Counted from the stretch's first letter, positions 50,474 to 61,436 are shown. The stretch is DNA of 64,000 nt from an uncultured Planctomycetota bacterium (GCA_963849325.1 CAWKHF010000002.1:832001-896000); one strand, 5' to 3'. Numbers and translations are program-made. The notes: generated from the letters alone by a model not told the origin.

Positions 50474-52472
50474 CGTGCGTCCCTACCTGTGGCTAATCCC
50501 GGCCCTGCCGCTGGCCGCGGCGGCCGTGACCGGCCTCTTCGGCCCGCGATTGCTCCGCCGCCACAGCCATTGGCCGTGCATCGTCGCCGCCGCCGGCTCC
50601 TGCCTCGTGTCCATCCTGGTCTTGATGGCCGTCTATCGCGGGGGAGAGCAGCTGCCGTCCGCCTATTACGAATGGATCAAGGTCGGCGACGCCGGCGCCG
50701 GCCGCGGTATCGACGTCGGCTTCGCCCTCCGGGCCGACGCCCTCAGCGCCGTGATGGCGGTGACGGTCACGTTTATCAGCATGCTCATCGCCATCTATTC
50801 CGCCGGCTACATGCACGGCGACGAGGGCTACGCGCGCTTCTTCGCCGAGGTGGCCCTGTTCGTGTTCAGCATGACCACGCTGGTTCTCGCCGACAATTTC
50901 GCTCTCTTGTATCTCGGATGGGAGGGCGTGGGCCTGTGCAGCTATCTGCTCATCGGTTTCTGGTTCACGAAGCCGTCGGCGGCGGACGCCGCCCGCAAGG
51001 CCTTTCTGGTGACACGCCTGGGCGACATGGGACTGCTCATCGGCATCCTGCTTTTGTGGTTCCAGTTCGGCCACCACCTGGATTACCCGCACGTCTTCGA
51101 GCACGTCCAGCAGGCGCACCAGGCCGGGACCCTCGATGGAGGTATGCTGACGGCCGCCTGCCTGCTGCTCTTGTGCGGCGCCGTCGGCAAATCGGCGCAG
51201 TTTCCGCTGCACGTCTGGTTGCCCGACGCCATGGAAGGCCCATCGCCGGTCAGCGCCCTCATTCATGCCGCGACGATGGTGACGGCCGGCGTCTACCTGA
51301 TCGCCCGCTGTGCGCCGCTGTTCGAGCTGGCCCCCGAGGCCCAGGTCGTGGTCGCCTGCCTGGGCGGTTTCACGGCGATCTTCTCGGCCGTCATCGCCCT
51401 GACGCAGAACGACCTCAAGCGCTTGCTGGCCTACTCGACGCTCAGCCAACTCGGTTACATGTTCCTCGCCGTGGGCTGCGGCATCGTCACCGCAGAGCGC
51501 TCGCTGGTGGCCTTCGGCGTCATCGCGGCGATCTTCCATTTGTTCACGCACGCCTTCTTCAAGGCGCTGCTCTTTCTCAGCGCCGGCAGCGTCATGCACG
51601 CGATGGGCAACGTCATCGACATGCGGCGGTTCAGTGGTTTGCGCCGCGTGTTGCCGATCACGCACTGGACTTTCCTGTGCGGCGCCCTCGCATTGGCCGG
51701 CTTTCCGCTGTTGTCGGGCTTCTGGAGCAAGGACGCGATCCTCGATGTCGCCTGGGAGGCCGGCCAGGATGCCGACGCCTATCGGACAATCTATCTGCTC
51801 CTGTGGCTGGCCGGGATCATCACCGCCGGCCTGACGGCGTTCTACACGTTCCGCGCCTACTTCCTGACCTTCTGGGGCGAGCCGCGTATCCCGCCGGAGG
51901 CGTTCGCGCACCACCACGGCCACGCCGCGCACGGCTCGACGCCGCACCTGGAAGCGCCGCCCGTGATGACCGTGCCGCTGATGATCCTGGCCGTCTTCGC
52001 GGTCGGCGTCGGCTTCGTCGTGGGTCCGATGACGCATTGGTTCGGGGATTTCCTGACGCGGACGCCGGGACTGCCGATCGTCCAACTGGAGTTGAACTGG
52101 CCGATGATGGGCGTCAGTTCGCTGGTGGCGCTGGGCGGCATCGGCCTGGCCTGGCTGATGTACGTCCGTCAGCCGGGGTTGGCCGGCCAGCTCGCCAACG
52201 CCGCGCCGAAACTGTACCAGCTGTCGCTGAACAAGTTCCACATCGATGAGTTGTACGATACGTTTATTCTCAAACCGTTGGCCGGCTTCACGGCGTTCAT
52301 CCGCATCTTCGACCTGTACGTGCTGGATGGTCTGGTCGATCTGATTGGCCACATCCCGCGAGCGATTGGCTTCCGTTTTCGCCCCGTGCAGAACGGCCTG
52401 GTGCAGTTTTACGCCCTGGCGATGGTGCTGGGTCTGACCGTGTTCCTGATCGCCCTGGTGACGCGACTGTAA
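50466..52472 (+). CDS. nuoL: NADH-quinone oxidoreductase subunit L
   Basis: WEGVGLCSYLLIGFW, KSAQFPLHVWLPDAMEGP and HAFFKALLFL motifs. Confidence 0.97.
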   Translation: MSDVRPYLWLIPALPLAAAAVTGLFGPRLLRRHSHWPCIVAAAGSCLVSILVLMAVYRGGEQLPSAYYEWIKVGDAGAGRGIDVGFALRADALSAVMAVTVTFISMLIAIYSAGYMHGDEGYARFFAEVALFVFSMTTLVLADNFALLYLGWEGVGLCSYLLIGFWFTKPSAADAARKAFLVTRLGDMGLLIGILLLWFQFGHHLDYPHVFEHVQQAHQAGTLDGGMLTAACLLLLCGAVGKSAQFPLHVWLPDAMEGPSPVSALIHAATMVTAGVYLIARCAPLFELAPEAQVVVACLGGFTAIFSAVIALTQNDLKRLLAYSTLSQLGYMFLAVGCGIVTAERSLVAFGVIAAIFHLFTHAFFKALLFLSAGSVMHAMGNVIDMRRFSGLRRVLPITHWTFLCGALALAGFPLLSGFWSKDAILDVAWEAGQDADAYRTIYLLLWLAGIITAGLTAFYTFRAYFLTFWGEPRIPPEAFAHHHGHAAHGSTPHLEAPPVMTVPLMILAVFAVGVGFVVGPMTHWFGDFLTRTPGLPIVQLELNWPMMGVSSLVALGGIGLAWLMYVRQPGLAGQLANAAPKLYQLSLNKFHIDELYDTFILKPLAGFTAFIRIFDLYVLDGLVDLIGHIPRAIGFRFRPVQNGLVQFYALAMVLGLTVFLIALVTRL

Positions 52473-52481
52473 ACGAATAAC

Positions 52482-52516
52482 AGCCGCTTGCGGCGTGGTG
52501 CTAAGCCGCAAGAGGC
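52482..52516. repeat. REP-like hairpin, family C copy 2 (nuoL/nuoM), degenerate
   Basis: AGCCGCTTGCGGCGTGGTGCTAAGCCGCAAGAGGC. Confidence 0.65.
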
Positions 52517-52530
52517 CGGAAGAAAAACAC

Positions 52531-54317
52531 ATGCCGGAACTGTTATTGTTGCTGCTGACGCTGCCACTGGTGACGGCCATTGGGACGGCCGTCCTCGGTC
52601 CCGGCCGCGCTCGGGTGGTACGCTGGCTGAGCCTGGCGAGTACGCTCGCCAGCCTGCTCGTGGCCATCGTCATCACGATTCAGTTCGCCATCCCGCGCGT
52701 CCACGAGGAGCCGGCGGTTGTCACGTCCCGAAGCCCGTTAACCTTCAACCCGGACTTCCGGACGCGCCTGGATCTGCTGCCGCTGCACGCCACCGAGGGC
52801 CGCGTGGACAGCGCCATCCAGTTCTACGTCGGCATCGACGGCCTGAACGTATGGCTGATCCTGCTGACGGCGCTGCTCATGTTCACGAGTGTACTGGTGT
52901 CGTGGACGGCGATCGTCGATCGCGTCCACGAGTTCCACGCCTGGCTGTTTGTCTTGCAGCTGGGCATGACCGGCGTGTTCGCCTCGTTCGACGTCATCCT
53001 GTTTTACGTTTTCTTCGAGTTGACGCTGGTGCCGCTGTTCTTTCTCATCGGCATCTGGGGCGGCCCGCAGCGACAATACGCCGCCCGCAAGTTCTTCATC
53101 TACACGCTGACCGGCAGCCTCCTCACGCTGCTGGGCGTCATCGGCATCGCGCTGGTTGTGCCGCAGATCGATCCCGGCAATAACTCCCGACTGACGTTCG
53201 CCATCCCCGAGTTGGTGGCCGCGGTCGATTCGCTCAACCGCCAGCTCCCCAACGACGTCCGTCAGGAAGAACGCCTACTCAACGAGGCCGCGGGAGCCAA
53301 CCGCGACGCGGCGGCGCTGGAGACGGCGCGCGATCGGCTCGACTACTGGCGACGGGTGCAGTTGTGGGTCTTCATCGCCATGATGTGCGGCTTCGCCGTC
53401 AAGGTGCCGATGGTGCCGCTGCACACCTGGCTGCCGCTGGCCCACGTCGAGGCGCCGACGGCGGGCAGCGTGCTCCTGGCCGGCGTTCTGCTCAAGCTCG
53501 GCACCTATGGCTTTCTGCGCCTGTGCCTGCCGCTGGCTCCCGACGCCAGCCTGCGCTTCGGCGTGCCGGTGCTCGGCACCCTGGCCGTCGTCGGCATCCT
53601 CTACGGCGCCTTCTGCTCTCTGGGCCAGGACGACATCAAGAAACTCGTCGCCTATTCCAGTGTCAGCCACCTCGGCTATTGCATGCTCGGCCTGTTCGCC
53701 CTCAACGAGGTCGGCCTGACCGGCAGCCTGTTGCAGATGATTAACCACGGCCTGTCCACCGGCGCGCTGTTCTTGCTGGTCGGCATGCTTTACGAACGCT
53801 ATCACACGCGGCAGATGGCCGATTATGGTGGCATGGGCGCCCGCTTGCATCTGCTGGGCACCTTCATGGTGTTCATCACCCTGTCGAGCATTGGTCTCCC
53901 GGGCTTGAACGGCTTCCTCGGCGAGTTCCTGGTGTTGGCCGGCATGTACGATTTCGACGGACCCCAGGTGCGCGGACCCCTGCTGGCCGTTCTGGGCGCC
54001 GGCGGGGTGCTCCTGGGCGCCTGGTACATGCTGACGATGATTCGTCGGGTGTTCTGCGGCGCGGTCAAGGAACCGCACCACGAGGGACACGGCCCCGTCG
54101 GCGACCTGAATGGACGCGAATTGGCCGCGCTGTTGCCGATCGCGGTCGTGTGCCTGGCGCTGGGCGTCTTCCCCAAGCCGTTCTTCGATACGGTGCGGCC
54201 GGAGATCCAAGTGGTGGCCCGCATCGCCGACGAGGCGCGCAACGCGCCGCGCCGCCCTCGGCCTCCACCGCTTCAAGCGCCGACACTCAACAAGCCGCGA
54301 CGACCTTGGAGAAGTAA
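52531..54317 (+). CDS. nuoM: NADH-quinone oxidoreductase subunit M (3' frameshift makes it appear fused to nuoN)
   Basis: FYVFFELTLVPLFFLIGIWG and KVPMVPLHTWLPLAHVEAPTAGS motifs; an alternative frame ends ...TTLEK-TAA-TAA. Confidence 0.93.
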
Positions 54318-54321
54318 TAAC

Positions 54322-55989
54322 GTGGACCCCAACCTCGTCACGGCCCTGACCGGCTTCTTCCCCTACCTCGGCCCCGAGATGATCCTCGGCGGCGTCGCTT
54401 GCCTGCTCTTTCTCGGCGGGACGTGGCGTTCCAACCGTCATCTGTGGGGAGGCGTGGCCCTGGCGGCCCTGCTCGTGGCGGGTCTAGTCCTGCTGCTGAA
54501 ACCGCTGCCGCACTTCGACTCCACCAGCGCCGCCGACGCCGTTCGCTACGCCAGCCCGCTGCTGCTCGATCGCCTCGCCTTGCTCCTTCGCTTCGTGGCC
54601 ATCGCCGGCGGCATTCTCCTCGTGCTGCTCAGCTGGGACGCCATGCCCGACCGGCAGGCGGCGGACTATCACGCTTGCCTGCTCCTCATGGTTGCCGGCA
54701 TGGGTCTGACCGGCGCGTCCAACGAACTCGTGACACTCTTCCTCGCCCTGGAGCTGACGAGCATCCCGACCTACGTGATTCTCTACCTGGGGCGGAGCAC
54801 GCTGCCGGGCGGTGAACTCGATGGCTCCGCCCAGGAAGCGGCCTTGAAGTATTTCCTGCTCAGCGTGTTCTCGTCGGCGCTGACGCTGTTCGGCTTCAGC
54901 TATCTCTATGGTCTCTCCGGTACGACCAATCTGCCGGGAGTGGTCGCCGCCTTCAACGCCGGCCAGGGCGACTCGGCCCTTTCGGGGCTGGGCATGGTGG
55001 CGCTGGTCATGGTCGTGGCCGGCCTGGGTTTTCGCCTCACGGCGGTGCCATTCCACTTCTACGCCCCCGACGTGTATCAGGGCACGACGACGGCGGCGGC
55101 AGCGCTCTTGGCCTTCGTGCCCAAGGTGGCCGGCTTCGCCGCCCTGGTGCGCGTACTCGGCTTCGTCTTTCCATCGCTGTCGGAGGGCGTGTTCGAGGCG
55201 CGCATCTCGCTATCGCCGGTGCTGGGCGATCAGGTTCCGGTCCTGCTGTGGATCATGGCCGCCGTGACGATGACGCTGGGCAACGTGCTCGGTCTGTTAC
55301 AGGACAACTTGCGGCGACTGCTGGCGTATTCCAGCGTGGCTCACGCCGGCTACATGCTCATCGGCCTGGCCGTCGCTCCGAAGCTGGTGACGCGGCCCGA
55401 GGCGATGGTGGACGGCGTCGATGCGGTGTTCTTCTACCTGGTGGCCTACGCGGCCATGACCCTCGGTGCCTTCGGCATCCTGCAATACCTCCACACGCGC
55501 GGCCAGCGGGCGGAGATGATGGACGACCTCGCTGGGCTGGGACGCAGCCGTCCGGGCGTGGCCCTGCTGATGGTACTGTTCCTTTTTAGTCTCATCGGCA
55601 TCCCGCTGACGGCCGGCTTCATGGGTAAGTTTTTGCTCTTCGCCGGGGCGCTGGACGTGCCCGCCAGTCCCGACGTGGCGGCCTCGCTGGAGCAGCGGAA
55701 GTTGTTCATCGTCCTGGCGGTGCTGGCGGCGATCAACGCGGCCATCGGCGGCTGGTACTATCTGCGCATCGCCGCCGTGATGTACTTGCGCGAGCCGTCG
55801 CCGTCGGCGCCGACGGTCGCCGACAAGGCGATACGCTCGTGGCCGGTGCTGGCCGCCGTCTGGCTGTGCGCGGCGCTGACGCTGGGGATCGGCGTCTATC
55901 CCGCGCCACTGAAAAAAGCCGTGCAGCAGGCCGTGCCGCGCTTCGCGGATAACCTGACGCTCCCGGAGACCGCTCGAGCGCAGCCGTGA
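54322..55989 (+). CDS. nuoN: NADH-quinone oxidoreductase subunit N
   Basis: GGAG before GTG54322; EAALKYFLL, VPFHFYAPDVYQG, RLLAYSSVAHAGY and GIPLTAGFMGKF motifs. Confidence 0.93.
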   Translation: MDPNLVTALTGFFPYLGPEMILGGVACLLFLGGTWRSNRHLWGGVALAALLVAGLVLLLKPLPHFDSTSAADAVRYASPLLLDRLALLLRFVAIAGGILLVLLSWDAMPDRQAADYHACLLLMVAGMGLTGASNELVTLFLALELTSIPTYVILYLGRSTLPGGELDGSAQEAALKYFLLSVFSSALTLFGFSYLYGLSGTTNLPGVVAAFNAGQGDSALSGLGMVALVMVVAGLGFRLTAVPFHFYAPDVYQGTTTAAAALLAFVPKVAGFAALVRVLGFVFPSLSEGVFEARISLSPVLGDQVPVLLWIMAAVTMTLGNVLGLLQDNLRRLLAYSSVAHAGYMLIGLAVAPKLVTRPEAMVDGVDAVFFYLVAYAAMTLGAFGILQYLHTRGQRAEMMDDLAGLGRSRPGVALLMVLFLFSLIGIPLTAGFMGKFLLFAGALDVPASPDVAASLEQRKLFIVLAVLAAINAAIGGWYYLRIAAVMYLREPSPSAPTVADKAIRSWPVLAAVWLCAALTLGIGVYPAPLKKAVQQAVPRFADNLTLPETARAQP

Positions 55990-56011
55990 GGACGCTCGGA
56001 GACTCCCGATC

Positions 56012-57013
56012 GTGTCGTCTTCTCCAACCGAGTCCGCCGTTTTCGCGGTCCTCGCACACTATCCGGCCTCCTGTCGTCCGGGAATGATCGCGCCGCTCGG
56101 CAATCGTGGTGGATTTAGTGGAGCCTCTCTCTGGCGCATCGATAGTCCCGCGGGATCGTGGTGTTTGCGTGCCTGGCCTGCCCACGAAACTGGGCCGCGC
56201 CTCTCCTTTCGTCATGAATTGATGAAAGGAGCACGTCAGCACGGCCTGTATTTCGTCCCCTCGGTGCTCTCCGCACACGATGGCGCCACCGGAATCGAAC
56301 AGGACGAACGCTGGTGGGAGATGACGGAATGGATGCCCGGCCGTGCGAACTTCCGCGAATCGCCCTCCCGCGCTCGCCTCGAATCGGCCTGCGCGGCCCT
56401 GGCTCAGCTGCACACCGTTTGGCGCCGCGCTTCCAGCGCGACCGGCGGATACCCGGCCATCCAAAGACGGCGCGAGTTCCTTGACGAATGGCATCGTCTC
56501 TTGCGCTCCGGCTGGCAGCCCCTTGCCGCGGCCGGCCGCGACGACCCGTTGTTTCCTCTCCTCGAACGGGTCTGGCCTCGTCTGCCTGCCGCCCTCGCAA
56601 CCGCATCGGCGCGGTTGCGACGCTGGGGCCGGCGAAGGGGACGCTTGCAGCCGTGCCTGTGCGATCTCTGGCACGATCATCTCCTTTTCGTGGAGGAGCA
56701 CGTCCGGGGAGTGATCGACTATGGCGCGGTCAAAATCGATCATGTCGCGGTAGACCTGGCTCGAATGCTCGGCAGTCTGGTGGGGAGCGATCCGGCCGGC
56801 TGGCAGACGGGGTTGGACACCTACCGTCGCCTCGCTCCGTTAACGCCGGAGGAGGAGGAGTTGGCCCACGACCTGGACGAGACGGGCGTCGTCCTGGGCG
56901 TGGCGAACTGGTTGCGCTGGCTGTACGCGGAAAAGCGACCTTTCGAGGATCGCATGGCCATCGCCCGGCGGCTGACGGAACTGATGGAGCGGCTGGACGC
57001 TTTCTCGGCATGA
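56012..57013 (+). CDS. Aminoglycoside phosphotransferase / type II homoserine kinase-like protein
   Basis: GGFSGASLWR, LAQLH, CDLWHDHLLF, GVIDYG and DLAR motifs; the catalytic loop is divergent (CDLWHDH for HGDxxxxN). Confidence 0.8.
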   Translation: MSSSPTESAVFAVLAHYPASCRPGMIAPLGNRGGFSGASLWRIDSPAGSWCLRAWPAHETGPRLSFRHELMKGARQHGLYFVPSVLSAHDGATGIEQDERWWEMTEWMPGRANFRESPSRARLESACAALAQLHTVWRRASSATGGYPAIQRRREFLDEWHRLLRSGWQPLAAAGRDDPLFPLLERVWPRLPAALATASARLRRWGRRRGRLQPCLCDLWHDHLLFVEEHVRGVIDYGAVKIDHVAVDLARMLGSLVGSDPAGWQTGLDTYRRLAPLTPEEEELAHDLDETGVVLGVANWLRWLYAEKRPFEDRMAIARRLTELMERLDAFSA

Positions 57014-57194
57014 CGGGGCGGCGGCAGAGGATCACCTTTTCGGGATAAAGTGAACAAGCAATCAGATATGGATGCAAAATGCCGCCTTTTATCTTTTCTT
57101 CATGAATCGTTTGCACGTCGGCCCTTCGTGTCCGTCTGTAAAGAGTGGAGGGCATCGTCGCCCTTCTCCTCTCTCCGTGTACGAGCGTGATGCT

Positions 57195-59122
57195 ATGGCG
57201 TCCGATGCGAATGTCGGCGGTCAGTGGGAACGGGTGGCCGCCGAACTGCGGGCCTGTCGGGAAGCCCAGCAGCGAGCCTGGGGCGAGATCGATAACACGA
57301 CCCTGGGCCGTTACCTGGCCGGGGAAGTCACCTCGGACGAACGTCACCAGATCGAAAGTGCCCTCCACGAATTACCCGAACTGCGCAAGCTGACCGAACT
57401 CGTGCGCGACGTGCTCGGCGAGTGCGAGGTTGTCTCCGAACCGGCGTCTCTTCCCTACGGTCCCGCCACCGTGCCTTTTGCTCAGCCTCAGACCCTGCGA
57501 GCGGTCGGCCTGACTCCACGAACACAAACAGCCGAGCCGGCACATCGTTGGGGGCCGCGCATGCCGGCCACTCGTTTCCGCCAACGTGCCGGGCTAGTCA
57601 CGGCGGCGACCGTGCTGTTGGCGTTGAGCGTCGCCCTGCCGCGCTCGGGCACGTTCTCGCCGTCCGACTCCTCCCTGGCGATGTCTCAGCCCGTGGCGCT
57701 CCACGGCGATCTGTCGGTCGCCCTCGCACTAGACGATCGCAACGCCCCTCTCGCCCGGTTGGGTAAGGGAGCGAGGGGCGAGCACAAGGAGCCGGACATG
57801 CTGCTGGCCCAGATCGACGCCTCGGTCCAGGCGCTGGAAGCGGAGGGCCGGCAGCACGAAGCGAAGACGCTGGCCCGTCAGTACGCCGATAATCTGACCC
57901 GCAAGGCGCTGTGTTATCAGGAGAAGGGCGACCTGGCCCGCGCCGAGCCGGCGCTCAACCAGGTGCGCACTCTCTGCGCCAAGACCCTGGGGGCACAGGC
58001 CCCGGAGACGGTTCGCACACGCCATACGCTCGCCGGGGTCTACGAGTACGCGCTGAACTCCGCGCCGTCTTCGGTCTACTTCCTCGGGACCACCCGTTCG
58101 CCTTCCTTCGTCGGCCCCGCGGCGCATGGCCTAGTAGACGGCCGCTTGAAGAAAAGCGCCGAGATGGCGAAGCCATCGTGGCATATCCTGGCGGAGAAGA
58201 GCCAGCGGCTCGGCCTGGGGGGAGGCACTCCGGTTCGTGTTTCGTCGGCTTACGAGCCAGACCTGCCGCCCTCGAACACATCGTTTTCCAGTGTGCTTCC
58301 CTCGACGTTGGTGCAACAGACGGCGGGGCTCGTCCTGCGGGAACGCCTCACCAGCCAGAGTCCGAGCGAGTTGAAAGTCTCGGTGGTGCCGGTCTTGACA
58401 CAGGCGCTCCGCGAGGCGAACAACGGCTTCGAGCGACAGCGGTTCGCTCAGGCGCTGGGCCAACTGGGGCCGGCCGCGCGCGAATCCGTGCCGGTCCTCC
58501 TCGACTGCTACCGCCAGGCGACGGAAACTCCCGAACAGACAAGCATCCTGCTCTCGCTCGGGCAGATCGGGCCGGTCGCTCGCCAGGCCGTCCCCGTGGT
58601 GATCGATTCCCTCCGCAGCGACTGCCCGGAGGTCCGGGATTGTGCGGCGCAGACCCTCGTGGAATTCGGGACGGCCGCCCGCCCCGCCGTCTTGCGGTTC
58701 ATTGAGGAACGTCCCACCGATCCGTTGCCGCGTCACGTCCTGCGCGGATCGACAGTCCGGAAGGGCGCAGCGGCATCGACGACACAGGTGGCTGTTTCAG
58801 TGTCCGCGCTCTCCAGCAAGCGCAGCGGGAGATCCGCCGACTGGCGAGGGTGTATCGTCTTGAGATCCGGATCGAGACGGCTCTTAGAACTGCCGCGGTT
58901 CCCCAGCAGGAGCAGGGCGAGCAGGGCATCTATCTGCGCATCAACCGGGAGGAGCCGCGCGTCCAGGTCCACGTCTCCGACGCGCTGAAAAAGCAAGGAT
59001 TGACCGATGCACGGCTGCGGCAGATGATGGAGCCACATCTGCGGAACAACGAGTACGACCGCAGTCTACGCGAAAGCGTTCGCTTTCTCGCCAGCTTCGA
59101 GAAGAAGCACGGCCAGAAGTAA
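57195..59122 (+). CDS. Anti-sigma-like N-terminus + TM + TPR + HEAT repeats + TPM-like C-terminal domain (frameshift near 58745)
   Basis: LGRYLAGEVTSDERHQIESAL; TM AGLVTAATVLLALSVAL; GDLARAEPAL TPR; ALGQLGPAARESVPVL HEAT; shifted frame IDDTGGCFS...GIYLRI...VQVHVS. Confidence 0.65.
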
Positions 59123-59135
59123 ACGGCCATCGATC

Positions 59136-61436
59136 TCACCCCAGCCCCCACCATCGCCGTAGGGTCCAGTCGGCCGTCAGGATCCCCAGCAGCAACAGCC
59201 ATAGCCCCGCGTGGTCCCAGACGGGGGTTTTCCGCACGATCACCTCGTCCGGTGCGCGGGTGCAGGTCTCCAGCACCCGGCGCAGCTCGGTCGCGCTGTG
59301 GAGCACCTCTCCCCCCGAGACGTGCGCGATCTCTTCCAGACGCGCCGGGTTCGGCTGCGGCTCGCGCAATTCCAGGGGATCGTCGCGGACCTGCAAGTCC
59401 AGCGTCGCTTGCGCGGCGATTTGCCCCTTGTCATAGGCGATCACGTCGAGGGCCACGACCCGCAGCCCGGCGAGAGGGTTTCCCGAAGCGATCGGCACTT
59501 GACGCAAGGGCGGCGTGGTCAACTCGCCTTCGTAAACGCGATCCGCACTGCGAGGAGCGAGGGTTTTTTCTTCCAGCAGCGGCGGCGGAGACGGCCCCGT
59601 GGACGGCCGCAAGCGGGCAACGAGCCGGTAACGATTCGTCTCTTCCAGCTTCTCATCGTAGGCGCGGGCGGCGACCTTGATCGGTTGGCCCGGCCGGTAA
59701 ATCACCTTGTCGGATTCGATGCGCAGGCGCCGATTGGCGCCGGCGGAGTTCTCGGCCAGCCAGAGGACGACGTTACGCCAGAACTTGCGGAAGTAGCGGT
59801 TGTCGCCGGCCTCGCCCCAACTCCTCTCGAAATGGAACCCCCAGTCCTCGGTGGTGTCCGTGCTCATGGCGAAGGTCCGCCCCTTGCCGTAGGGCTGGCA
59901 GGAGAAGACCGGCATGACGCCGACCCTCGGCAGCGGCCGATCGCTGTAGCCCAGGGCCGTCGCCGCCGGCTTGAGACGCTCGACCAGATTGCTGCCGCTG
60001 AAGGACGGCATGCGGTCGAGAATTCGCTGGTTTTGTACAGGATCGTCCACGAAGCGCCAGATCGGATGGCGCTCGGACTCGCGGGGGACCTTGACGGCGA
60101 ACGACACGCCCCAGCAGGTGCCGCGCCCCGGGCTTTGCGCTTGCCCGCTCATGTCCACGGGGATGAGTCCGTCCCAGACGGTGCGGTCCCAGAAGCCGGC
60201 GCCGAAGCTGGTGTTGCCGCCGACCATGGCGAAACCGCCGCCGCGTTTGTGGACCATCTCGACGGTCCAGTCGAGCTGATCCTGCGTGAAGGCGGTTCGG
60301 CTGATGTCGCTGCAAATAACCACGTCGTAGCCGAACAGTTCCTCGCGCGTGGTCGGATAGCCGCGGCGAGGATCGTTGAGCCGGTAGAGGATCGGGCGGA
60401 CGGCGTACTGGTTATTGACCTGCAGCACCAGGCAGTCGATGTTGGGATCTTCGGCCAGGGCGTCGCGGACCCAGCGGTACTCGTTGTTGAGCGTGCCTTC
60501 CATGTAGAGGACGCGGACCTTCGGCTTGCGGGCACCGATCTGAAAGTGGACCTGGTTGTTCTCCAGGATGGCCTCGCCGGGCAAGGGCGACACCTCGGCC
60601 AGCAATCGGCTGGCGGAAGCGTTGTAGTCCATGAGCAGTTCGTGCGTCTGTTCACCGTCCGTCAGGGTGACGGGCAGCGTCGCCAGCGGCCGGCGCCCCG
60701 GCTCGTCGAGCAAGCGGAGACGGACCTCGGCCCGGCGTCCCGCGTAGCCACGGCTGCGCACGACGACCCGGACGGGCAGACGGGCGCCGGCGGGAGCGTC
60801 ACGCGGGGCGACGACGTCCTCGATGGCCACGTCGCCGGCCACGCGGTCGCCCACGGGAAAGACGTGCAGCGGCACGCCCAGCCGGCGGTAGCCGGCCGCG
60901 ATCTCGGCGAAGCCGGTCGATTCCGTGCTCTGGCCGTCGGAGAAGATCACCACTCCCGCCGGAGGGCCGTCCGTGAAATGAGCCGGCAGCCGCTCCAGGG
61001 CGGCGAGCAGCCGCGTCGCGTCATCGGTCGGCCGCAGATCGTCCATGCCTTTAACGGCCGTTAGACGATCGCCAAAGTGGTAAATGCTGAGGCGCACGGC
61101 GTCGGCGGTGCGGGCATGGTGGCCCTGCTCGATCACCTGTTTGACCTGTTGCAGACGGCTGATCGGCCGGTCCAGGGCCATGCTCCGCGAGCAATCGACG
61201 AGGTAAACGACCTCCGGCGCGAGCGCCGGCAGCCGGGCCTCGGTGACGTGCGTGAGGTTCAGGAGGATCCCGATCAGCAGCGCCAGCACGGACCCCCGCA
61301 AGAGAAGCAAGGTCCAGCTGCGGGCGGCCGGCGTCCGGGCGGACCAGCGGGCGAGGAGCAAGAGGGCCAGCAGCGCGAGGCCCAGCCCGAGATAGGTCCA
61401 GAAGTTGTAAGGAGGCGACCATTCGTAAGTCGTCAT
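59136..61436 (-). CDS. Membrane protein with vWA domain, Ig-like domain and glutamine amidotransferase-like domain
   Basis: LVDCSRSM (MIDAS), VIFSDG, GGGFAMVGG, YGKGR and FWRNVVLWL motifs; C-terminal TM with W.LRR. Confidence 0.85.
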   Translation of the reverse strand: MTTYEWSPPYNFWTYLGLGLALLALLLLARWSARTPAARSWTLLLLRGSVLALLIGILLNLTHVTEARLPALAPEVVYLVDCSRSMALDRPISRLQQVKQVIEQGHHARTADAVRLSIYHFGDRLTAVKGMDDLRPTDDATRLLAALERLPAHFTDGPPAGVVIFSDGQSTESTGFAEIAAGYRRLGVPLHVFPVGDRVAGDVAIEDVVAPRDAPAGARLPVRVVVRSRGYAGRRAEVRLRLLDEPGRRPLATLPVTLTDGEQTHELLMDYNASASRLLAEVSPLPGEAILENNQVHFQIGARKPKVRVLYMEGTLNNEYRWVRDALAEDPNIDCLVLQVNNQYAVRPILYRLNDPRRGYPTTREELFGYDVVICSDISRTAFTQDQLDWTVEMVHKRGGGFAMVGGNTSFGAGFWDRTVWDGLIPVDMSGQAQSPGRGTCWGVSFAVKVPRESERHPIWRFVDDPVQNQRILDRMPSFSGSNLVERLKPAATALGYSDRPLPRVGVMPVFSCQPYGKGRTFAMSTDTTEDWGFHFERSWGEAGDNRYFRKFWRNVVLWLAENSAGANRRLRIESDKVIYRPGQPIKVAARAYDEKLEETNRYRLVARLRPSTGPSPPPLLEEKTLAPRSADRVYEGELTTPPLRQVPIASGNPLAGLRVVALDVIAYDKGQIAAQATLDLQVRDDPLELREPQPNPARLEEIAHVSGGEVLHSATELRRVLETCTRAPDEVIVRKTPVWDHAGLWLLLLGILTADWTLRRWWGLG

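Noticed and set aside
52495-55989. Apparent 1164-aa NuoM-NuoN fusion
   Set aside because: An alternative frame ends NuoM at TAATAA (54315-54320), directly before a GGAG-preceded GTG54322 for NuoN. The linker reads like out-of-frame text and indels are common here. Only read-level confirmation would revive the fusion.
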